64,000 nucleotides of DNA from a virus. Taxonomy: Duplodnaviria; Caudoviricetes. The position numbers and the translations under genes are program-made. Below are positions 56,430 through 63,688 of the stretch, piece by piece. A model generated the notes under the pieces. That model made no database searches. It worked only from the letters and a program-made list of their open reading frames with translations, and was not told where the DNA came from. Where the stretch lies: the IMG/VR virus record IMGVR_UViG_3300044675_005052, one strand, 5' to 3'. Each line of letters opens with the position of its first letter. Position 1 is the first letter of the stretch.

Positions 56430-57121
56430 TTTCTTGGATGTTTAATTTTTGGATTTAAATATTTATTTGAATAAATTGATGAACCAACCGGTATTGGTTT
56501 TATATCTATACCTGATTTCCAAGATGAGTAAACTTGAGATAATTGGTCTCTAGCACTAAAGTTTTTTACTTCACTCCACCAAATATCATTAAATTCGTTA
56601 ACTACTTTATTATATTTTCTAATAGTGAATCCACTATCAAATAAACCATAATTACGAGGAAATCCCTCAATTCTATATCTAGACATTTGAGAATTAACAA
56701 TATTATCATAATCTAATCTTTGTTGTTTAACTTCTTCGGATTCTGAATATATACATTGTCTAACATCGTGTTTATATGACATAATGTTATTGTTGAAAAA
56801 ACCAATTTCTTTTAAAAATTCTTCGGCGTTATTAAATTTAGGTTTATAACAATGGTCCACCCATATACTAATATCGTGATTAGGTAAAACTAAATGTGGG
56901 TTTATTTTAATATATCTGGCCTTTCTTCTATTGTCTAACTTACTATCAACAAAGTCGATGTGGTTAATTTCCCAAACATCGGATTTGAAATACTTATTAT
57001 CCGTAAATAAAATATATCTAATGTTTGGGTCATACACATCAGGAGACCTTAATTCATCATATCCTCCGGTGTTAACACTATAAACAATTATTTTAGGTTT
57101 CTTATACTCTAAATTATCCAT
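56417..57121 (-). CDS. DUF616 glycosyltransferase-like protein, paralog of 9696
   Basis: GGYD, YILFTD, ARYIKINPHL, RDQLS motifs. Confidence 0.75.
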   Translation of the reverse strand: MDNLEYKKPKIIVYSVNTGGYDELRSPDVYDPNIRYILFTDNKYFKSDVWEINHIDFVDSKLDNRRKARYIKINPHLVLPNHDISIWVDHCYKPKFNNAEEFLKEIGFFNNNIMSYKHDVRQCIYSESEEVKQQRLDYDNIVNSQMSRYRIEGFPRNYGLFDSGFTIRKYNKVVNEFNDIWWSEVKNFSARDQLSQVYSSWKSGIDIKPIPVGSSIYSNKYLNPKIKHPRKWLI

Positions 57122-57893
57122 TATTATAAAAATCTTCGATTATTTGTATTTTTTCTTTAATCATTTTACTTAAAGTTGGTTCAAGTTCCTTAAACTCATT
57201 AGAGTTTCTAAATTCAAACCATTGGTTTTTCCAATTTGGCATACCCCAATTCATAGTACCTGTAGGATTTCTATTTGGAGATACGTGAATACCGTGAACA
57301 GGTCTATATGTATTTTCCATATTAAAATTAGGATAACGTTTTTTAACTAATTCATATAAAAATACTTCATCATGTTGTAACAACCCTCTTTGGCATAAAT
57401 CATCGTAATTTGGTATTGGATAGTAACTATCATAAGTTGTGAAATGTAGCCCACTTAATCTACGATGAGGGTGGGATTGGTCTTTAACTGGTCTAACAAT
57501 ATTTGAGTATGGTAAATTTAATTTTTCCATATCATTTATGTGAATGTCAGTTAATTCTTTCTGAAGACAAATAATGTCAATATCTGATATGTAAACGTAT
57601 TTACTTTTGTTTTTAGGCGGCGTAAAAAATCTAATGGTATTAGGTATTGAACTGTATTTTTGGTTATTAACTTTAATTGGTCCAAAATCAATTACGTGAA
57701 TACTAAATTTATCAGGATAGAATTTATTTAACACTTGTAAACTTTTTAAAATTTCGGGTTTTAACATTGTATCAACACCTATTTCAACGAAACAATCTTC
57801 ATTGTAGTATAAATGTGATAATATGAAAAGAGGTATAAATTCTTTATATATCCCATTACAGGCGGTAAAAAAATTAGTTTTAATCATTTTCAA
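57114..57893 (-). CDS. GT-A fold glycosyltransferase-like protein
   Basis: YVYISDIDII (DxD); DE motif; cluster context. Confidence 0.6.
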   Translation of the reverse strand: MKMIKTNFFTACNGIYKEFIPLFILSHLYYNEDCFVEIGVDTMLKPEILKSLQVLNKFYPDKFSIHVIDFGPIKVNNQKYSSIPNTIRFFTPPKNKSKYVYISDIDIICLQKELTDIHINDMEKLNLPYSNIVRPVKDQSHPHRRLSGLHFTTYDSYYPIPNYDDLCQRGLLQHDEVFLYELVKKRYPNFNMENTYRPVHGIHVSPNRNPTGTMNWGMPNWKNQWFEFRNSNEFKELEPTLSKMIKEKIQIIEDFYNNG

Positions 57894-58620
57894 TAATTTT
57901 TGTTTTATGTTGTCTTATATAATCAAACCCTTTATCCGACCATTGTGCTCTACCTAACGGATTTTTTAAAAAATGTTTGATTAATGTTGGGATATAATCA
58001 TAATGCCCCATTGCGATATGTTTAGTTAAATAATCATATTTTTCATCGGCATTTTTTTCCATTATAACAAAAACTTTATTTGATAATAATGGAGTTAATC
58101 TTATCCAATCAAATTCTTGAGAACTATCGTGAGTATTAACCAATAAAACTATTTTACTATTATTAATTAATTTCCACAAATCAGCACCAACAACAGGAGG
58201 TGATGTATGAAGAATAACTTTATTTGGTACTGATATTTTATCTAATATTTCTTTTCGTCTAGGACTTAATACTCCGTAAAAAAGTACATCAATTTCTTTA
58301 GATTCTTCATATTCAACTCTATAGTTATTTGAATAACGAATTTCAAAATTTTTAGAATAATCTAAAACTTTTGTTGCGTTTTCACACATTATTTTGTATT
58401 CCGGATATCGATTAAAGGTTCTTTCAAGGGGTTCTGTTTGAACTACAATATAATCACCTTTAATTGCTTTGTAAAATCCTGATAAGAATGATGTAAAGAA
58501 TAAAACCCAAGTACCCGTTTCGTTTGGGTTTGATGTGTGTTTACAAGGTTCACCTAAAACCTCCTCAACCATTTTTGAGATTGAATTAAAGTAACCTCCT
58601 TGTTTATGAATTAAATACAT
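57880..58620 (-). CDS. GT-B / CgeB-like glycosyltransferase-like protein
   Basis: IDVLFYG...RR..IL, SKIVL, R....L....VI.E. Confidence 0.6.
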   Translation of the reverse strand: MYLIHKQGGYFNSISKMVEEVLGEPCKHTSNPNETGTWVLFFTSFLSGFYKAIKGDYIVVQTEPLERTFNRYPEYKIMCENATKVLDYSKNFEIRYSNNYRVEYEESKEIDVLFYGVLSPRRKEILDKISVPNKVILHTSPPVVGADLWKLINNSKIVLLVNTHDSSQEFDWIRLTPLLSNKVFVIMEKNADEKYDYLTKHIAMGHYDYIPTLIKHFLKNPLGRAQWSDKGFDYIRQHKTKIIEND

Positions 58621-59189
58621 TATAGTAAGTGTTGTTTATTTTCTTTTATTCCTCCACGATACCAATGTTGAACATATATTCCTTTCATTAATCCAACTTT
58701 CTCATTAATTAATCTAATTTTTCTGTGAATATCGTTATCAATAGTTAACATTTTATCTTCTTTAAAACCACCAACTTTTTCCCATACAGATTTTTTGATT
58801 GCAATAAAAACGCCACTTAATTCCATATTTTTTGTTACATCCATAACTTGATTTCCATATAATTCCCAAATACGGTCACCAAAATTTCTATGATATTCTT
58901 GGTCGTTTGTTTTAACGTCAACATTAGGTGCAATTTGGTATTGGCAATTAACTCTATTGGTTACACAGGTAAATAAAGAATATTCAGGGTTAGAATCAAT
59001 AACCTCTTCGATTCGTTTACCAAAAAAATGAGATGTATGAACCGCATCTCCGTCTAAGAAACAAATCCAATCATTAGTTTTAACCATTGACATTAATTCA
59101 TTATATGATTTACCAATATTTTTATCAGAATTCCAAGGAATCATATGAAAAACTCTTCCTTTAGGTTTAATAAATGTAATTTCAGACAT
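58620..59189 (-). CDS. GT2-like protein
   Basis: SYN...WICFLDGD, VGGF, D.D motifs. Confidence 0.65.
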   Translation of the reverse strand: MSEITFIKPKGRVFHMIPWNSDKNIGKSYNELMSMVKTNDWICFLDGDAVHTSHFFGKRIEEVIDSNPEYSLFTCVTNRVNCQYQIAPNVDVKTNDQEYHRNFGDRIWELYGNQVMDVTKNMELSGVFIAIKKSVWEKVGGFKEDKMLTIDNDIHRKIRLINEKVGLMKGIYVQHWYRGGIKENKQHLL

Positions 59190-59255
59190 ATTATTTAGTA
59201 TATAGTATTAAAATAGTGTATTTGATGTATTTATAAATATTGAACCTTTCTTTTT

Positions 59256-60401
59256 ATGAAATTAATTATTGTATCCACCTTTTGGAATTCTGAAAAATAT
59301 GTAGCAGACTGTATTAAGTCAATAAAAAATCAATATTATAGTGAGTTTGTTGCTTATATAGTTGATGATGTTTCGACCGACAATTCTTATGAAGTTGCCC
59401 TTGAGGCGATTGATGGTGATGAAAGATTTATATTAATTAAAAACACCGAAAAAAAATATAAAACAAAAAATTTTATTGATGTCATCAATAATAATCCGGA
59501 TATTGATTGGGATGATGTTATTATTGAAATTGATGGTGATGACCAACTAAGTGATAACTTTGTTTTAGGTTTAATTAATAAAATTTATACAAATGAAAAC
59601 ATATGGATTTGTGGTTCAAAATGGATGGATAAAAATGGTGTTGTAGGGAATTATGGTAAATTTAATGCTGATAAAGCAAGAATTAAATCATGGAATTTCT
59701 CACACATGAGAACCTATCGAGCATTTTTATTTAGAATGATAAAAGAAGAACATTTAATGTTTGAAGGTGAATATTTTAAAGCCGGATGTGATATTGGTGC
59801 CGGAATCCCTATGTTAGAAATGGCCGGAAATGAACATTTTTATTATTTGGACCAAGTTACTTATATCTACACATGGCATGATAACCAATCATATTCAAGT
59901 ACAAATTCATTTGGTGATAAAACTTTGCAAAGTAAAGTTGCGGGATATGTTTATAAATTACCAAAATATGAAAAAGTAATAATAGTTAATGAAGATGGTG
60001 TAACATACACACCTAATTATGGTAAACCAAAAGAAAGTGTTGAATTAATATCTCGATTAACCGCTCCAAAACCAAGATTATCTAAAAAACCTGTGGTTGT
60101 TCAACCTACCATTGTTGAAAAACCGGTTGTTGTTGACAAAACAAAGAGTATAAATTTAATTAATTCTTTATTGAATAAAAAAGAACCAACTGATAATGTT
60201 GATTATAGTGTTATTAATAAAATAATACAAAATAAATCCATTTATATACCACCTAAAAAAGATAGTAAACCCCTTAAAGAACTTGTTCCAAACTATCGTA
60301 ATCAGTTAACCGAACTTAAAAAAGATTCTATGACTAATCAAAGAAAACAATTTGACGAAGTTTATATGAAAAAAAGAAAAAAAGGTGGATTATATTTTTG
60401 A
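59256..60401 (+). CDS. Glycosyltransferase family 2 with C-terminal extension
   Basis: IVDDVSTDNS, IDGDD motifs. Confidence 0.85.
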   Translation: MKLIIVSTFWNSEKYVADCIKSIKNQYYSEFVAYIVDDVSTDNSYEVALEAIDGDERFILIKNTEKKYKTKNFIDVINNNPDIDWDDVIIEIDGDDQLSDNFVLGLINKIYTNENIWICGSKWMDKNGVVGNYGKFNADKARIKSWNFSHMRTYRAFLFRMIKEEHLMFEGEYFKAGCDIGAGIPMLEMAGNEHFYYLDQVTYIYTWHDNQSYSSTNSFGDKTLQSKVAGYVYKLPKYEKVIIVNEDGVTYTPNYGKPKESVELISRLTAPKPRLSKKPVVVQPTIVEKPVVVDKTKSINLINSLLNKKEPTDNVDYSVINKIIQNKSIYIPPKKDSKPLKELVPNYRNQLTELKKDSMTNQRKQFDEVYMKKRKKGGLYF

Positions 60402-60431
60402 TAATTAAATAATTTGTATTACTTTTGTCCA

Positions 60432-60695
60432 ATGAAAACATTTGATGATTTAGTATTTAAACCGCACCCATTAGGTAGAGGTTGTGTTATGGCCAGATTA
60501 GATTTAGGAAACGATATTGAAGTTTCCGTGGTTGGAGGTCCGGGGTTATATGGAAATGGAAAAACTTCATTTGAAGTCGCAGCATTCTACAAAACTCTTG
60601 GTAAATTTGTACCATTTGAAGATGGTGAAGATGTTTCAGGTTGGAACTCAAAAGTTTCCGTAACAAAAATTATTAACAGATTAGAAAATTTATAA
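60432..60695 (+). CDS. Hypothetical protein
   Basis: Start at ATG 60432; TACTTTTG 60420-60427. Confidence 0.7.
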   Translation: MKTFDDLVFKPHPLGRGCVMARLDLGNDIEVSVVGGPGLYGNGKTSFEVAAFYKTLGKFVPFEDGEDVSGWNSKVSVTKIINRLENL

Positions 60696-60698
60696 ATT

Positions 60699-60956
60699 AT
60701 GCCAGATTTTAGCACCTATGTTGACATTGACCCGAGTGAATACGTTGATAATTGTTCACCTAGAGAAATTACAGAATTAATTAATATCCTTGTTGATGAA
60801 GGGTATTTAGATGGTGAGCCAGTTACATCCCCTAATCACCACAATCTATTAGACGAGGAGTGGGCAAATATTATTAGTAAGATAATGAAGTCCCGATTAC
60901 TCTTATCTAGCGAGGATGAAAATACAATAATTGAGATTGCAAAAAGATTAATATAA
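60699..60956 (+). CDS. Hypothetical protein
   Basis: 85 aa ORF. Confidence 0.65.
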   Translation: MPDFSTYVDIDPSEYVDNCSPREITELINILVDEGYLDGEPVTSPNHHNLLDEEWANIISKIMKSRLLLSSEDENTIIEIAKRLI

Positions 60957-61049
60957 AAAAAATAAAAAAATATTTGACTTTTGATAAACTTTTTGTAAGT
61001 TTGTAATAGTTATTAAGAACAAGGTAGAAATACCACAAAAAAAAGAAAA

Positions 61050-61172
61050 ATGAAAAACACTAATAAACATATGAATGTCTCGATTTGGAACCAACAATTT
61101 AGTAATTGTTCGTATCCGCGTATCTCGCATACAAGTTCAGCTGATTTATTAAGTGATTTAATTTTATACTAA
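61050..61172 (+). CDS. Short ORF (40 aa) followed by a strong terminator
   Basis: TAAGTTTG 60996-61003; MKNTNKHMNV...LILY*. Confidence 0.4.
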   Translation: MKNTNKHMNVSIWNQQFSNCSYPRISHTSSADLLSDLILY

Positions 61173-61196
61173 AGATTAAACCAATAATATAAGATA

Positions 61197-61231
61197 AAAT
61201 CCTGAACTCAAAAAGTTCAGGATTTTTTTTT
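61197..61231 (+). terminator. Intrinsic terminator
   Basis: aaatcctgaact-caaaa-agttcaggattt plus T-run. Confidence 0.85.
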
Positions 61232-61262
61232 GTCAAAAAATTGGAAGTTAAAAAAAAAGGAT

Positions 61263-61270
61263 TACCTTTG
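61263..61270 (+). promoter_or_regulatory. TAnnTTTG promoter element for the tRNA cluster
   Basis: TACCTTTG about 50 nt upstream of the first tRNA. Confidence 0.6.
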
Positions 61271-61317
61271 TCCCGTCAAAATAAAGGATAAGTTATTTGA
61301 AATATTGGTAAGAAAAT

Positions 61318-61399
61318 GGAAGAGTGGACAGTTGGTTGTCGAGCGGTCTTGAAAACCGTCGCTCGTAATGGGTTGCAGGTTCGAATCCTGTCTCTTCCG
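61318..61399 (+). tRNA. tRNA-Ser(UGA)
   Basis: GCGGT-CT-TGA-AA-ACCGT; long variable arm; TTCGAAT; G73. Confidence 0.9.
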
Positions 61400-61403
61400 C
61401 GGG

Positions 61404-61491
61404 TTAGTTAAATAGTTTAATCCACACCCAAAAAAGAATGTCCGGAGAGAGTCCGGGGCGAACGTAATTGTGGTAATCGTTCTTTAACTAA
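61404..61491 (+). ncRNA. Candidate structured RNA (3-way junction plus pseudoknot)
   Basis: ttagttaaa/tttaactaa; ccgga/tccgg; gaacg/cgttc; ccaca/tgtgg. Confidence 0.4.
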
Positions 61492-61500
61492 AAAATATTT

Positions 61501-61572
61501 TGCCCCTTCGTATATCGGTTAGTACACATGGTTTTGGTCCATGCGGGGGGAGTTCGATTCTCTCAGGGGTAA
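61501..61572 (+). tRNA. tRNA-Gln(UUG)
   Basis: CATGG-TT-TTG-GT-CCATG; U1-A72. Confidence 0.92.
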
Positions 61573-61579
61573 CAAAAAT

Positions 61580-61651
61580 GGTGATATGGTCGATTGGTTT
61601 AGGCACTGGATTGCAAACTCAGTTAGGTGGGTTCGATTCCTACTATCACCT
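61580..61651 (+). tRNA. tRNA-Cys(GCA)
   Basis: TT-GCA-AA loop; U73; GGTGATA/TATCACC. Confidence 0.88.
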
Positions 61652-61705
61652 CAACGGGTTCGGTGGAAACCCAAAAATAGATGATGAATCTATGTCCACC
61701 AAAAT

Positions 61706-61774
61706 GCCGAGGGGTCAGGTGACCGGAGATGGCTCATATCTATTTCTAGAATGGCTCGATACCATTTCTCGGTA
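61706..61774 (+). tRNA. Atypical tRNA with CAU anticodon (Met or Ile2)
   Basis: GCCGAGG/TCTCGGT; 4-nt D-loop; CT-CAT-AT; T-loop CTCGATA. Confidence 0.6.
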
Positions 61775-61828
61775 CGAACAGCACTCAGTTTATATGTTTG
61801 AGGGTGGGAGGAATCTAAACATATATTT

Positions 61829-61899
61829 GCCTCGATGGCGTAATGGGAGCGTATTTGTCTTACATACAAATGGTGGGGGTTCAATTCCCTCTCGAGGTA
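61829..61899 (+). tRNA. tRNA-Val(UAC)
   Basis: TTTGT-CT-TAC-AT-ACAAA. Confidence 0.9.
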
Positions 61900-61955
61900 C
61901 AAAAATCTAAAATTTGAGCAGTAAAATGTCTTAAATTTGAGCAATACAAAAAATT

Positions 61956-62036
61956 GGGTAGTAAAAGTCGTTCGGATACGGCAGCCAGACTGTAAATCTG
62001 GTCCTTTTGGGAGTGGTTCGAGTCCACTACTGCCCA
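61956..62036 (+). tRNA. tRNA-Tyr(GUA)
   Basis: CCAGA-CT-GTA-AA-TCTGG; variable arm; atypical D-arm. Confidence 0.85.
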
Positions 62037-62037
62037 C

Positions 62038-62178
62038 AATGATAATGGTCTTCTCTATCTCTCGGATGTCGACAATCCAAGATAGGTCAAAGAATTCACA
62101 CACCCCCTGCCGGTGCACCGTAAAACTACGAATAAGCAGTTAAGATTGGAGCGAGATGGGTACTCCAACATTATCATT
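62038..62178 (+). ncRNA. Candidate multi-branched structured RNA (about 140 nt)
   Basis: 10-bp closing stem aatgataatg/cattatcatt and three internal arms. Confidence 0.5.
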
Positions 62179-62182
62179 ACTT

Positions 62183-62255
62183 GGTTCTCTTGTGTAAGTG
62201 GTCTGCACGCAAGACTGAAAATCTTGAGGATAGAGTTCGATTCTCTGGGGAACCA
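62183..62255 (+). tRNA. tRNA-Phe(GAA)
   Basis: CAAGA-CT-GAA-AA-TCTTG. Confidence 0.92.
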
Positions 62256-62332
62256 CGGAGTCCTGAAATAACAGGAAACCCCCACTCCCATATGGCAGCC
62301 GGTCCATTAACCCGGTGAAGTGGGGTAAATAT

Positions 62333-62418
62333 TGACGGGTTGCCGTAGTTGGTCGAACGGTCCGGACTGTTAATCCGGTGAAAATATTCCATCGTGGGTT
62401 CGAATCCCACCCCGTCAG
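62333..62418 (+). tRNA. tRNA-Asn(GUU) with long variable arm
   Basis: CCGGA-CT-GTT-AA-TCCGG; 15-nt variable region; G73. Confidence 0.88.
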
Positions 62419-62469
62419 CGAATTTTTTCGAAAATTAACATATTTATTATTAACAAAAAAAGTTAATTT

Positions 62470-63009
62470 ATGGAAAGGTATTCGGAACAAATAATTTCTT
62501 TAAGAAATGAAGGTAAATCGTATAAAGAAATTAAAAAAATTTTAGGTTGTGCTTTATCAACTATCTCATATCATTGTACTAAAAATAAAGTTGGTGGTTT
62601 TTCAGATAGATTATCGGATGATGATAAGAAAAAATTACAAGAACTATATGATGAATTAGGTTCAGTTAAAAAAGTTAGAAAAATGACAGGTAGGTCGGTT
62701 GAAACAATATTAAAATATGTTGTAACTAAAAAACCTACAAAAAAAATAACATCATCTGAATCAGTTATAAATTGGAGAAAAAGAACTAAACAAAAGTTAA
62801 TTCAATATAAAGGGGGTTCTTGTGAATTATGTGGATATTATAAATGTGAACGGGCACTTGAATTTCATCATATTAACCCTGAAGAGAAAGATTTTAGTAT
62901 TAGTGGTAAAAGTTTATCGTTTGATAAATTAAAAGATGAGGTTGATAAGTGTATGTTAGTTTGTTCTAATTGTCATTGTGAAATACACGACGGACTTATT
63001 AACTTATAA
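62470..63009 (+). mobile_element. Free-standing HNH homing endonuclease with N-terminal HTH repeats
   Basis: CxxCG...LEFHH...CxxCH motifs; inserted in the tRNA cluster. Confidence 0.85.
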
Positions 63010-63016
63010 AATATAT

Positions 63017-63089
63017 GGTGGCTATAGTGTAACGGTTAACACGATAGATTGTGGTTCTGTAAATGGGAGTTCGATTCTCCTTAGTCACC
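63017..63089 (+). tRNA. tRNA-His(GUG)
   Basis: G-1:C73; TT-GTG-GT loop. Confidence 0.92.
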
Positions 63090-63096
63090 CAAAAAT

Positions 63097-63168
63097 GTCT
63101 CCATAGTTCAACGGATAGAACGTCAGGCTACGGACTTGAAGATGTGGGCTCGAATCCTGCTGGAGACA
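63097..63168 (+). tRNA. tRNA-Arg(ACG)
   Basis: TCAGG-CT-ACG-GA-CTTGA; T-loop CTCGAAT. Confidence 0.88.
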
Positions 63169-63244
63169 CAAAAAAATCGCTGATAGTAATATCGAAGGTG
63201 TGTAATGATATCAACATCGTAGGTTAAGCGATATCCTACAAAAT

Positions 63245-63330
63245 GGAGAGTAAAACAATCAGGGTATTGTCACCTCCTGCTAAGAGAGTGGTTCTGTAAA
63301 AGGGATGGATTTCGAGTATTCTGCTCTCCG
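63245..63330 (+). tRNA. tRNA-Ser(GCU), divergent
   Basis: GGAGAGT/GCTCTCC; CT-GCT-AA; irregular anticodon stem; long variable arm. Confidence 0.75.
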
Positions 63331-63346
63331 CAGAAAAATAATAACA

Positions 63347-63421
63347 CTAGATGTAGAGGAGCCCGGAGTCCTCGCCGTCCTTGGAAGACGGAGACCGCAA
63401 GTTCAAATCTTGCCATCTAGA
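63347..63421 (+). tRNA. tRNA-Pro(UGG)
   Basis: CCGTC-CT-TGG-AA-GACGG; C1-G72, A73. Confidence 0.9.
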
Positions 63422-63426
63422 CGACC

Positions 63427-63500
63427 CGGTACTTAGCTCAATTGGTTAGAGCACTCGCCTGATACGTGAGAGGTTATAGGTTCGATTCCTATAGTACCGA
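63427..63500 (+). tRNA. tRNA-Ile(GAU)
   Basis: CTCGC-CT-GAT-AC-GTGAG. Confidence 0.92.
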
Positions 63501-63583
63501 CAAATGTGGCTCACAAACTTTGATTATTAAGTTCAAATTATGTATAATTTGAGCCCAATGTTAAAGTAAAATGAGCTCAATAA

Positions 63584-63655
63584 TCCCCCGTAGCAAACCG
63601 GTGTAGGCAACTGGCTTTTAACCAGTGGGGTCAGGTTCAACTCCTGACGGGGGAA
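63584..63655 (+). tRNA. tRNA-Lys(UUU)
   Basis: ACTGG-CT-TTT-AA-CCAGT. Confidence 0.9.
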
Positions 63656-63688
63656 CAAAAAGAATGTTTAACTAATAAATCAAAAGTT

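Noticed and set aside
61404-61491. Pistol ribozyme (GUUAAAUAG resemblance)
   Set aside because: Order of stems and pseudoknot does not fit the pistol layout
61500-62490. ORFs overlapping the tRNA cluster
   Set aside because: Fully explained by tRNA and structured-RNA sequence
63177-63239. Hammerhead ribozyme
   Set aside because: CUGAUAG does not match CUGANGA, and the GAAA/stem II geometry is missing
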